Positions 19,189 through 28,454 are shown, counted from the stretch's first letter. The stretch: DNA of 64,000 bases from Candidatus Bathyarchaeota archaeon (GCA_018396775.1 JAGTRF010000007.1:22179-86178); one strand, 5' to 3'. Numbers and translations: made by a program. Notes: generated from the sequence alone by a model not told the origin.

Positions 19189-20227
19189 AAAATAATCCCT
19201 CTAAATATTTTTCTTTATATAATCTTTCGCTTAAATCAACATCAAAAAACTCTTCTATAGAAGCTAGAAATTCAGGGTTTTCTTCATAAACTTCTCTAGC
19301 TTTGTTTATAAGAAAAGCAATAGCTTTTTTAGTCATTTTACCTAACGGTGGCCTGCATGGACCTGAGGGCATCCCTAAAATATTCATTAAAGTTTTATAC
19401 GGAAGAGGGTTTCTTGCTTTGCATGAAACTTGACCATATTCTGTTTCTTCTTGAGTTAAAACGGTTACTACTTCAAATAAAGGTTTAAGCCCTTTAGCTA
19501 TTGCTTCTGCTTTCTCTAAATCTCCTGAAGTTAATGATTTAACCATTTCTTGAACAGCGCTTGGAGCAATGTTCGAGGTAACTGAAATTACTCCATTAGC
19601 TTTTACTTTAGGGTCTGTCATTAAAACAAATGTTTTATCATCATCTCCAGATAAAATGCTGAAGTGTTCTCCGCATAAAGCTCTAGTAACTCTTGCATTT
19701 TCTAAATCTCCAGTAGCTTCCTTCACAGCTTTTACATTCTTGAAGTTTTTATGGAGAATTGCTAAATCTTGAGGAAGAAGCTTTGTTCCGGTTCTCCCTG
19801 GAATAACATAGGGAATTATCTCTACTTCTGGAAATTTTGCAGCTATAGGCTCTAAATATTCTCTTCTTATTTCTAAAGAGCTTGGTCCATTATAATATGG
19901 GTCAACAAGCAAAACTGCTTTAACCCCTAAATCATAGCTTTCTTTTGTAGCTTCTATAGCTTCTTTACTGCTATTGCTTCCTGTACCAGCAATAACTTCG
20001 CATCTTTCATCTACTTCCTCTAAGGTTTTCTTTATAACTTCTATATGCTCTTCCCAAGTTAATGTAGGAGATTCACCTGTTGTTCCAACAGCTAAAACAC
20101 CGTCTACTCCTTCATCAATTTGGAATTCAATCAATTTTTTTAGTCCTTCGTAATCAACTTCAAAATTTTTTTTCATGGGAGTTATTAACGCGGTATAGCA
20201 TCCTTTAAACATTTTATCTCTCCTCAA
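19175..20227 (-). CDS. dapA: 4-hydroxy-tetrahydrodipicolinate synthase (longer than typical, C-terminal extension)
   Basis: 350 aa. VGTTGESPTLT and VKAVKEATGD (Schiff-base Lys context). 14-nt overlap with dapB. Confidence 0.8.
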   Translation of the reverse strand: MRRDKMFKGCYTALITPMKKNFEVDYEGLKKLIEFQIDEGVDGVLAVGTTGESPTLTWEEHIEVIKKTLEEVDERCEVIAGTGSNSSKEAIEATKESYDLGVKAVLLVDPYYNGPSSLEIRREYLEPIAAKFPEVEIIPYVIPGRTGTKLLPQDLAILHKNFKNVKAVKEATGDLENARVTRALCGEHFSILSGDDDKTFVLMTDPKVKANGVISVTSNIAPSAVQEMVKSLTSGDLEKAEAIAKGLKPLFEVVTVLTQEETEYGQVSCKARNPLPYKTLMNILGMPSGPCRPPLGKMTKKAIAFLINKAREVYEENPEFLASIEEFFDVDLSERLYKEKYLEGLFYEAY

Positions 20228-20305
20228 TAAATCGTATTATAATATACGAAGAAAGTAATAAAGGTTTATTATATATAAATTTTTCGAAATTAAAATTACG
20301 AAAAA

Positions 20306-20551
20306 TTAATGTTTTTCCTCAATAAATAAAGCTTTAACTATAATGTCTCGATTAAAACCAACAATTATTTTTCCATTAGCCTCAATTACTGGTACTCCAG
20401 CTTGATTTGATTTAAAAATTAATTCAGTAACAGCTTTAGGTTCTTTAGAAACATCCAGCTCCTCAAAAGGAACTCTATTTTCTTCAAGAAACTTTTTTAA
20501 AGCTTTGCAATAAGGGCAGTTGGGCGTTGTATAAATTTTAACCTTAACCAT
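20306..20551 (-). CDS. glutaredoxin-like small redox protein (CPYC)
   Basis: 81 aa. VKIYTTPNCPYCKALKKFLEE...GVPVI matches the thioredoxin-fold Grx/NrdH pattern. Confidence 0.75.
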   Translation of the reverse strand: MVKVKIYTTPNCPYCKALKKFLEENRVPFEELDVSKEPKAVTELIFKSNQAGVPVIEANGKIIVGFNRDIIVKALFIEEKH

Positions 20552-20786
20552 TTTAAAAGCACCAAAAATCTTTTTTTACCTTTTTACTTAAACTAAAAAA
20601 CTTCTAAACAATCTCTTTTAAATTATGAAAAAAACTGATGTTTGCTTATTGCTTTAAATTAATTCAGGGTAAATTATTTAACTTAATGAAATTTCAGTTT
20701 TATCGCTATCTTTTAAATGCTTAATAAAAAGAAAGTGAGATTTAAATAAGAAAAATACCTTTAAACTATGTTTTAGCTACAAAAAT

Positions 20787-20840
20787 TTACTTCGCTTTCT
20801 TCTTCTTTTTTGAAACACCTTTTTTTGATCCGCATGACAT
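20787..20840 (-). CDS. candidate 17-aa Lys-rich micro-ORF (MSCGSKKGVSKKKKKAK)
   Basis: My translation; the ORF is below the track cut-off. The ATG is preceded by GAGGAGA with a 5-nt spacer, like bona fide genes here. There is no other support. Confidence 0.25.
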   Translation of the reverse strand: MSCGSKKGVSKKKKKAK

Positions 20841-21023
20841 TTTTATCTCCTCTATAAGGAGAACTGCATTAAAACCTATTTAAAATTTTTTGTTTAAAAT
20901 TTTTAATTAAGTAAGTTAATTATGTGACTAGATTTTAGTTAAGATATAAAGTTTAATAAAGTTTATTATTAATTATTTAAGATTATAACATTAACATTTA
21001 AAAGTTTTAATGAGGATAATTTA

Positions 21024-22004
21024 ATGCTTGAAGAAAAAAATTTTAGGTTAAAATTATATAGTGATCCTTCAATTCAAGCCCTGCTCAGCAGCGCAATAGA
21101 GGAAATAAGCGAGTTTACTCCCGTTTTTGATAAAAATCGAATGCCTAGATATTTTATGATCGAAAATATTGCAAGTAAAAACCCAATAGAAGCCTTAAGT
21201 TTCCTAGAGGAATTAGCTTCATCAAAAATTTTAAGAAAAGAATTTTATGAAAAACTAATTTGCTGTCCTAAATGCAGTAAACCTTCCTCAATTTTTCTAA
21301 GATATAAATGTCCTAAATGTGGATCTTTAGAAATAAATGTTAAACGGATGATTGAGCATTCTACTTGCGGTGCTATAAAGGAGGAAAAAGAGTTTAAAAT
21401 TGATAAAAATAAAGTTGCCTGTCCAATATGCAGAGAAGAAGCTAAAGATTTTGAAGTTAACTTTAAATTAATAGGCGTGACTTGTATATGCGCGTTATGC
21501 AACTCAAGTTTTGAAGAACCAATCCACGTCCTTTTTTGCAGAAACTGTAATTATGAATTCAACTTTAAAAATGCATCATTCATAAATGTTTATAAATATT
21601 ATTTGAATAAAGAGTTGCTTGATGAAATTATAAGCGCGATAGATTTACCTATGCTTAAATTAGCTGCTGAAAACGCTGGTTTTAAAGCTCAAATTCCAGG
21701 TTTAGCTCTTGGAAATTCAGGTGTAACGCATGAATTTACAATTACATGCATTAAAAATAAGCTTTCAATAGCCATAGATTTAATTAGATCAGAAAAAAGC
21801 GAAGTTAAGGTTAATGAAATATTGGCAAGTTGCGCAAAATTTTCAGATGTTAAACCTCCATTAGCGCTTCTTATAGTTGTTCCAAAATTAAATGAAAAAG
21901 CTAAATCCCTCGCTAAATCAAATAACATTACATGCATAGAAAGCGCTTCTATAAGGGAAGCTTCTAAAAAATTAGAAGAGCTTCTTAAAAAATGGCAAAA
22001 ATAA
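21024..22004 (+). CDS. multi-zinc-ribbon protein, possibly TackOD1-type metal-binding domain, with uncharacterised C-terminal domain
   Basis: 326 aa. Successive Cys pairs: CCPKC...CPKCGS, CG...CPIC, CALC...CRNC. C-terminal region GVTHEFTITC...IAIDLIRSEKSEVK. The family name is recalled from memory, not searched. Confidence 0.55.
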   Translation: MLEEKNFRLKLYSDPSIQALLSSAIEEISEFTPVFDKNRMPRYFMIENIASKNPIEALSFLEELASSKILRKEFYEKLICCPKCSKPSSIFLRYKCPKCGSLEINVKRMIEHSTCGAIKEEKEFKIDKNKVACPICREEAKDFEVNFKLIGVTCICALCNSSFEEPIHVLFCRNCNYEFNFKNASFINVYKYYLNKELLDEIISAIDLPMLKLAAENAGFKAQIPGLALGNSGVTHEFTITCIKNKLSIAIDLIRSEKSEVKVNEILASCAKFSDVKPPLALLIVVPKLNEKAKSLAKSNNITCIESASIREASKKLEELLKKWQK

Positions 22005-22019
22005 AAAACTTATTCTTCC

Positions 22020-22451
22020 TTACCGCTTCTCCCCCTTTTCTTTCCTAACTTTTCTTTTACCCCCTCTACTTAAAAGAACCCCTTCTATTAAAGATGCTAA
22101 AGTTAAGGTTGAAGCTCCTAAAAACTGCGAGAAAAAATATTTCCATTCCTCATTTAAACTCCAAAAATAAATTAGGGAAAAGCTTAGCTTCTCTATAAAT
22201 TTAGTTAATTGCGGAGCTTTAATAATTAAACTAGTTAAAATCGATCCAAACCAATTTGAAGTCAAAATATATGGTAAATAAAGAGCTGCTGCTGTTATAA
22301 CGAAAAGAAAAAGCATAAGCTTTAACGATTTAACTAAAACCTTTTTAGAAGATGTTTTAAACTCTAAAATTTTTTGAAGAATAAAACTCCAAGAAGAAAG
22401 TGAAATAGCTATAAAACCTAAAACTGGAAAGTAAACAGGTTGAATAGGCAA
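22020..22451 (-). CDS. small membrane protein (N-terminus probably longer, see findings)
   Basis: 143 aa from a TTG start, with 3-4 hydrophobic helices and a basic tail GGKRKVRKEKGEKR. The frame stays open 43 codons further upstream and encodes another TM-like helix. Confidence 0.5.
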   Translation of the reverse strand: MPIQPVYFPVLGFIAISLSSWSFILQKILEFKTSSKKVLVKSLKLMLFLFVITAAALYLPYILTSNWFGSILTSLIIKAPQLTKFIEKLSFSLIYFWSLNEEWKYFFSQFLGASTLTLASLIEGVLLSRGGKRKVRKEKGEKR

Positions 22452-22666
22452 GTTAAAAGTTGAGTTTATCGTTAATCCTTGAGAAACAGCGTAATTTACG
22501 AAAAATACTTGAAGAATAATTATTAAGCCTGCAAAAACCAGAATAGTTGCTTTTCCTGCTTTAATTCTTAAACCCTCCCATTAAAAAATTTAAATTGTTT
22601 TTTAAAGGTTTAAAAAGGTTTTTATTCTTTTAAAATTTTTCAGTTTAATTTTTATTATTTTCATTA

Positions 22667-23266
22667 TTATCTTTTGATTATGCTTAGAAAATTCTCAAAA
22701 ATTCTTCTTCCATTAACTGTATGATAAACTTCAGGATGAAATTGAACCCCAAAAACAGGTTTATTTTCATGCTTTACTGCTTGAATTAAACATTTTTTTG
22801 ATTTAGCTAAAAGCTTAAATTGTTTAGAAAGTTTTTTTACTTCATCATTATGAGAGCTCCATGCTATAAAAGAAGGCTTTAAACCCTTTAAAATTTCATC
22901 TTCATCTATAACTTCTATTTCAACTGGTCCAAACTCTGGATAAATCGCTGGTCCCACTTCACCGTCGTAAATTAAAGCTAACAATTGATGAGCTGCGCAT
23001 ATGCATAAGCATGGAACATTAATTTTTATAATAATTTCATGCAATGAATTAAATGCTCCTTTTTTAAAATCCTCGTAAACTCTTTGAGGTCCACCACCAA
23101 AAACTAATCCATCAACATTTGCTTCGATTATTTGGTTTAAATTTGTAGTCGCAGGTATTATTGGGCTTTCAACCTTAAGTTCAGAAAGCATTCTAGAAAT
23201 TAAATGGTTATATTGTCCTTCTAAACTAACTACTGGAATTTTCAAGTTAACTCTTTCTTTATTCAT
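22667..23266 (-). CDS. guaAA: GMP synthase subunit A (class I glutamine amidotransferase)
   Basis: GATase triad context CICAAHQLL (Cys) and VQFHPEV (His). I place the start at the ATG at 23266 (MNKERVNLKIPVV). It overlaps the upstream stop as ATGAATAA. The track ORF extends to 23302. Confidence 0.85.
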   Translation of the reverse strand: MNKERVNLKIPVVSLEGQYNHLISRMLSELKVESPIIPATTNLNQIIEANVDGLVFGGGPQRVYEDFKKGAFNSLHEIIIKINVPCLCICAAHQLLALIYDGEVGPAIYPEFGPVEIEVIDEDEILKGLKPSFIAWSSHNDEVKKLSKQFKLLAKSKKCLIQAVKHENKPVFGVQFHPEVYHTVNGRRIFENFLSIIKR

Positions 23267-24428
23267 ATTCAATTGTTGCTGGGGGTTTAGGGGTAACATC
23301 ATAATAAACTTCCTTTACTTCTAAACATTTAAACAATATTTCTTGGCTAATCTCCTTAATGGTTTCCCAATCGATTTGCGCTACATCAGCTGTCATATAA
23401 TCTCTAGTTTTTATGGCTCTTATTGAAACAGCATATTTTCCCTCGTTTTTTTCATCTATTAAGTATAAAACACGGGTAAAATCTTTCTTTTCAGAAATAA
23501 TTTTTGATTGGAGAAAAATTAATTTTTCAAAATTACTCCAAATCTTTCTTCTAAACTCCTCTTCAACTTTAATGCTTGCTATTTTCCCATAAGCTCTTTC
23601 ATCACCTTTAACTCCTGTCGCTAAATTTTTGAAAATTTTAATCTCATAGTTTAAACCCAGCTCTGGAAAAAGTTGGTTTTCAATAAATTCTTCATCTAAA
23701 ACTGCTGCAAAATACTGTTGTATTCCTTTATCCATTAGTTTTTCTTCAACAACTTCAGCGGCTTTCTTTAACTCTCTCAACTTCTCTTTTTTAACTTCTC
23801 CCACGCATCTAACCATTAATCCTGGCCCTGGAAATGGCTGTCTCTCCGAAATCTCCTTTGGAATATTTAAAGCTTTGGCTGTAACCCTTACTTGATCTTT
23901 ATATAGGTTAACTAAAGGCTCAAGAACTGTAAACCCATATTTCTCCTCTGTTTTTATGCCGATTTGCGTTAAAACGTTATGTTGAGTTTTTATTCCGCCT
24001 TTAGTTTCTATCCAATCTGGAGCGATAGTTCCTTGAATTAAAAATTTGCAATTTTCCCTCTTGGCTGTAACGCTTAAAACCTTATAAAATTCCTCTCTAA
24101 AAATTCTTCTTTTTTCTTCAGCATCTTTTACTCCTATTAAACTTTTAATAAAGTCTTCTTCAGCTCTTATGATTTGAACAGGTAGATTAAGTGGAGGTTT
24201 GCTTAACGTCCTCTTCACCCATTCAGGCTCATTAATTCGCATAAACCCTGTATCTATCAAAACGCAAACTAAATTTTCTTTAGCAGCTTTATAAGCTAAA
24301 GCAGCGCAAGTAGTGCTATCAACTCCACCAGAAACTGCTACTAAAGCCTTCTCTCCTTTAACTTCTCTTCTTAAGTTTTTTATTTGAGCTTTAATAAATT
24401 CTTCAGCATTAAACTCTGAAGTTAACAA
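23259..24428 (-). CDS. guaAB: GMP synthase subunit B (ATP pyrophosphatase)
   Basis: 389 aa. PP-loop VAVSGGVDSTT, RQPFPGPGL and the C-terminal YDVTPKPPATIEYE block. Confidence 0.85.
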   Translation of the reverse strand: MLTSEFNAEEFIKAQIKNLRREVKGEKALVAVSGGVDSTTCAALAYKAAKENLVCVLIDTGFMRINEPEWVKRTLSKPPLNLPVQIIRAEEDFIKSLIGVKDAEEKRRIFREEFYKVLSVTAKRENCKFLIQGTIAPDWIETKGGIKTQHNVLTQIGIKTEEKYGFTVLEPLVNLYKDQVRVTAKALNIPKEISERQPFPGPGLMVRCVGEVKKEKLRELKKAAEVVEEKLMDKGIQQYFAAVLDEEFIENQLFPELGLNYEIKIFKNLATGVKGDERAYGKIASIKVEEEFRRKIWSNFEKLIFLQSKIISEKKDFTRVLYLIDEKNEGKYAVSIRAIKTRDYMTADVAQIDWETIKEISQEILFKCLEVKEVYYDVTPKPPATIEYE

Positions 24429-24508
24429 AATTTAACTCTCCATGAAAGTTTAGGAAAATATTTTTGACCGATGTAAAGAAAAAGAGAAACAGTTTATATT
24501 AAGTTTTA

Positions 24509-24796
24509 CTAAATAACTTCTCCCTTACAGTAAACTATTCCCTTAATTCTTCTCACAAAATTTTTACAACAAAAACACTCTATAAAAGATACAGTTTTAC
24601 TTTTAACTATACAGTTTACTGCTTCCCTTTTCATTTTATTAATTTGTTTTTGTCCTAAAACACCTTTTAAAGATTCAATATATTCCTTTTGAGTTGGAAC
24701 AGGCTTATTTACAGGTTCTATTTTTAATTCATATTTAACTTCGCATACTTTCTCCATTTTATCAACCCCTTTCCCTTTTAACCAGAAACCTTGCAA
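24509..24796 (-). CDS. hypothetical Cys-rich small protein
   Basis: 95 aa ORF. The likely real start is MEKVCEV (GGGG/GAT upstream). C-terminal CFCCKNF...YCKG. No family recognised. Confidence 0.4.
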   Translation of the reverse strand: MQGFWLKGKGVDKMEKVCEVKYELKIEPVNKPVPTQKEYIESLKGVLGQKQINKMKREAVNCIVKSKTVSFIECFCCKNFVRRIKGIVYCKGEVI

Positions 24797-24899
24797 TTAA
24801 ATGGTTTATTGAATTAAACATTAAAATTCAAGCTTTACCGCTTCTTTTTTAATAAGGAAGAAATTTAAAAAATGTTCTTGCAATAAATGTGGAATTGTT

Positions 24900-25385
24900 T
24901 TAAGGTGTTTGCGTTGAATTCAACTTTTCTTCTATAGCCTTCATTAATGGATCTATTTTATTTCTTTTTGTAGTTTCATAAACCATTAACGTTTCAGTTT
25001 TTTTTACAGCTGGTAAACTTTGAATTTTATTTAATACGCTTCTAAACTCCTCCATATCCTTTACAATAACTTCCGCTATTACATCAAATCTGCCTAGAAT
25101 GTAATGAATTTGCGAAACCTCTTTAAACTCTTTTATTAAATTATCTGTTTCTCTTCTAAACTCTTTATGAGGGTCAGCAACTATTAAAACATAAGCTGTT
25201 AAATGTAATCCTACATTTTTTGGATCTAAATCAATCGTAAATTTTATGCCTTTATTCGTAAATTCTTTAATTTTCTCGTAAACGCTTTGTCGAGTTAAAC
25301 TGCATTTAACCGCTAAATCAGTTATTTTCTGTCTACTATCTTTTATTAACTCTTTTAAAAGCAAGAGATCTTTCTTGTTGAGCAT
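24900..25385 (-). CDS. Lrp/AsnC-family transcriptional regulator
   Basis: 161 aa. N-terminal HTH LLKELIKDSRQKITDLAVKCSLTRQSVYEKIKEF, then a RAM/ACT-like C-terminal domain (ILGRFDVIAEVIVKDMEEF). Confidence 0.85.
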   Translation of the reverse strand: MLNKKDLLLLKELIKDSRQKITDLAVKCSLTRQSVYEKIKEFTNKGIKFTIDLDPKNVGLHLTAYVLIVADPHKEFRRETDNLIKEFKEVSQIHYILGRFDVIAEVIVKDMEEFRSVLNKIQSLPAVKKTETLMVYETTKRNKIDPLMKAIEEKLNSTQTP

Positions 25386-25603
25386 GATTTAATTTATGGT
25401 TAAACGAAACCTTTAAAGTTTTCCATTTTGATTCAAAATTTAAATTTAAAATTGCAATTCGTCATTTTATCATTGAAAAAACTTATATTTTTGTTTTTAA
25501 AACTTTAATGATTGCAACCTTTAGGTTTTGTAAGCCCTAAATTTGAGTAAAGGTGGAAGGAGAAGCTTAGCATTGTGAAATCTAAAAAGGTGAATAATAT
25601 AGA

Positions 25604-27487
25604 ATGCTAAAACAGCTTAAAGCTTTAAAAGCAAAGATGAGCGAAAAAGATTATTTAAAGTTTTCTGCAATACCTAACTCTGGAATCCATCAATTTATTG
25701 CTGAAGCTGCAGAGCTTTGCAATCCAAATAAAATTTTTATTTGCACCGAGTCACCAGAAGATATAGCTTATGTCCGTCAGCAAGCAATAGCTGCAGGAGA
25801 AGAGGCGCCTTTAGCGACACCTGGGCACACTTACCATTTTGATAATCCTCAAGATCAAGGTAGAGATAGAGAAGTTACTAAGTATCTTGTGCCTAAATGG
25901 GATTCTCTTAACAAAGCTCTTAACCAAATTGAGCGAGAAGAAGGCTTAGCTGAGGTAAAAGAACTGCTTAAAAATTCGATGGAAGGGCGTACGATGATTG
26001 TTCTATTTCTTTCATTAGGTCCGGTAAACTCTATATTCAGCATTCCTTGCATGGAATGCACGGATTCCTGGTATGTAGCTCATTCAGCTAATCTACTTTA
26101 TCGCCCTGCTTACAAAGTGTTTCAACAAAAAGAAATTAAAGCATGCGATCTTTTCAAAGTTTTGCATTCAGCTGGGGAAATGAATGAGAAAATGGTAAGC
26201 ATAAATATGGGAAAAAAACGGATTTATATTGATTACATTAAAAATACGATATATAGCGTTAACACTCAATATGCTGGCAACAGCTTAGGCTTTAAAAAGC
26301 TTGCTCTCCGCCTAGCTATTCGTAAAGCTGACAAAGAAGGATGGTTAGCTGAGCATATGATGTTAACAGGCGTATATGGATTGAATGGCCGTAAAACTTA
26401 TTTCGCAGGTGCTTTTCCAAGTGCATGCGGTAAAACTTCTACAGCTATGATTCCGGGAAACACTATTTTAGGTGATGATATAGCTTATCTTCGCGATATT
26501 AATGGTGTTTGCCACGCGGTAAACGCTGAAGCAGGTGTCTTCGGGATTATTAAGGATGTAAACCCAATAGATGATCCATTAATTTGGGAAGCGATTACAA
26601 CTCCTGGAGAAGTTATTTTCTCTAACATATTAGTAAAGGATGGTGAACCTTATTGGCTTGGCATGAGGCGGGAACTCCCTGAAGATGGCATAAATTACGC
26701 AGGGTATTGGCATAAAGGTAAAGTTGGCGAAAATGGAGAAGAAATTTTACCATCTCATAAAAATGCTCGGTACACGATATCGCTAAAAGCGCTAAAAAAT
26801 TGCGATTCTGAATTAGATAACCCTATGGGAGTTGAGGTTGAAGGGATAATATATGGGTGTAGAGATCCTAGAGCTTACGTGCCTGTTCAACAAAGCTTTA
26901 ATTGGGAGCATGGAGTTATCGCTTACGGGGCTTCACTTGAAACTGAAACAACTTTCGCGCTTGTAGAAGAAGAAGGTAGATATGAAATAAACTTAATGAG
27001 CATTCAAGACTTCGTTTCCATTCCCTTAGGTAAATATATTTATAATTATTTAGAGTTTGGTAGGAAACTTAAAAAACAGCCTGTTATTTTTGGAGTTAAC
27101 TATTTTCTTCGAGATAGAGAAACAAATAAATTTGTAACTGATAAACGTGATAAAAGAGTATGGGTGAAATGGATGGAGCTTCGCGTACATAATGATGTTG
27201 ATGCTTTACGATCTCCAACAGGATTGATTCCTAAATATGAAGATCTTAAAAAACTCTTTCATGAAGTATTAGGCAAAAGCTATAGTAAAGAAGAGTATAT
27301 TAAGCAATTTACGATTCGAGTTCGCGAGAATTTAGCTAAAATTAACCGTGTAGAAAAGTTTTATCGAGAGAACGCTACTGAAACACCGCAAGAACTTTTT
27401 AAGACGCTTGAACAGCAAAGAAACCTTTTAATAAAAGCTCAAAAAGAATTCGGCGATTATATTTCACCTGAAAGCTTAATCCTATAA
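25604..27487 (+). CDS. pckG: phosphoenolpyruvate carboxykinase (GTP)
   Basis: 627 aa. GAFPSACGKTS kinase-1a loop, YAGNSLGFKKLALR and NARYT motifs of GTP-PEPCK. Confidence 0.9.
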   Translation: MLKQLKALKAKMSEKDYLKFSAIPNSGIHQFIAEAAELCNPNKIFICTESPEDIAYVRQQAIAAGEEAPLATPGHTYHFDNPQDQGRDREVTKYLVPKWDSLNKALNQIEREEGLAEVKELLKNSMEGRTMIVLFLSLGPVNSIFSIPCMECTDSWYVAHSANLLYRPAYKVFQQKEIKACDLFKVLHSAGEMNEKMVSINMGKKRIYIDYIKNTIYSVNTQYAGNSLGFKKLALRLAIRKADKEGWLAEHMMLTGVYGLNGRKTYFAGAFPSACGKTSTAMIPGNTILGDDIAYLRDINGVCHAVNAEAGVFGIIKDVNPIDDPLIWEAITTPGEVIFSNILVKDGEPYWLGMRRELPEDGINYAGYWHKGKVGENGEEILPSHKNARYTISLKALKNCDSELDNPMGVEVEGIIYGCRDPRAYVPVQQSFNWEHGVIAYGASLETETTFALVEEEGRYEINLMSIQDFVSIPLGKYIYNYLEFGRKLKKQPVIFGVNYFLRDRETNKFVTDKRDKRVWVKWMELRVHNDVDALRSPTGLIPKYEDLKKLFHEVLGKSYSKEEYIKQFTIRVRENLAKINRVEKFYRENATETPQELFKTLEQQRNLLIKAQKEFGDYISPESLIL

Positions 27488-27589
27488 ACTCTTTTAAGCA
27501 TACTTTTATTTATTAAAACTTTAGAGATTTAAAGCATCCTTCACTTATTTTTTAAATATATTCATATCCATGAACCATGCTACTTCTTT

Positions 27590-27970
27590 TTGGAAGAATT
27601 AAAAATGAGCGTTTTGACTGAATCTTGTATTAATAAGATTGATGATAACGATGTTTACACTAAATCCTGCGTAGAAAGAAAAATATTAATTGAGTTAATT
27701 AAATTTTATGGAAAAACCTTTAACCAAGAAAAATTACGTTTTGAAGATGTTTTTATAAATGCTATTGAATCTAAGTTAAGGGAAACACTTGGAGATGCTG
27801 TGGTAACTGTGATAAAAAATTATCTTGAGAAAAAATTCTCTTTAAGATTAAGGGATGCTATTGAAAAACCTGAGGAATTTTTTATTGCTTTAGAAAAAAT
27901 ATTTGGTAAAAATATCCGCACACTTGAGCGGTTAATTCTTAATGAAATTCAAGAAAAAATAAAAATTTAA
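27590..27970 (+). CDS. hypothetical protein
   Basis: 126 aa ORF (TTG at 27590; ATG at 27605 also possible). Helical and charged; no recognised motif. Confidence 0.4.
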   Translation: MEELKMSVLTESCINKIDDNDVYTKSCVERKILIELIKFYGKTFNQEKLRFEDVFINAIESKLRETLGDAVVTVIKNYLEKKFSLRLRDAIEKPEEFFIALEKIFGKNIRTLERLILNEIQEKIKI

Positions 27971-28139
27971 GATCAGAGTTTATTAATTATTATCTAAATT
28001 AGCTTTAAAATCTAAGTTTTTGGTTAAATAATAGAGTAAACTCTTCAGATATCGATGAAGATAACCTTTTTAAATAAAACCTTATTATATTCTATTTCTT
28101 AATAGTTTAATCATAGATTTAACGTAAGGTGAAGAAGAA

Positions 28140-28454
28140 TTGCCTGCTAAAAAAAGTAAAAAAGCATTAAAGAAAACTGTTAAACCTAAAGCTGTTAAAA
28201 AAGCTAAGCCTAAGCCCGCCTCATTAAAAGAGATTGAAAAGTTAAAAAATCAAGTAGCAAGATTAAATACTGAATTATCTAAATCTGTTCCAATAAATAG
28301 GTTTAACGCTTTAAGATCAAGATTGCTAGCTAAAATTAAAATGCTTAACATTAAACGGTTTGAAGCTGAAGCTTTGCGGAGAAGAGTGCTAACTCTTCAA
28401 TCAACAGTTGAAGCTCTTAAAAAAGAGCTTGAAGCAAGTAAGCAAACAGCGTAA
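28140..28454 (+). CDS. hypothetical Lys/Ala/Pro-rich N-tail + coiled-coil protein
   Basis: 104 aa. TTG start with GGTGA 7 nt upstream. The N-terminus is PAKKSKKALKKTVKPKAVKKAKPKPA, followed by a heptad-like helix (LKEIEKLKNQVARLNTEL...LQSTVEALKKELEA). Confidence 0.5.
   Translation: MPAKKSKKALKKTVKPKAVKKAKPKPASLKEIEKLKNQVARLNTELSKSVPINRFNALRSRLLAKIKMLNIKRFEAEALRRRVLTLQSTVEALKKELEASKQTA

Noticed and set aside
20280-20305. A/T inverted repeat TTTTTCG-n12-CGAAAAA just after the glutaredoxin stop; also the 12-nt palindrome TTTTTCGAAAAA at 40079-40090
   Set aside because: Both are short, almost pure A/T and expected by chance in this composition. Archaeal termination relies on oligo-T tracts rather than hairpins. 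They are kept only as possible operator candidates in the locus finding.
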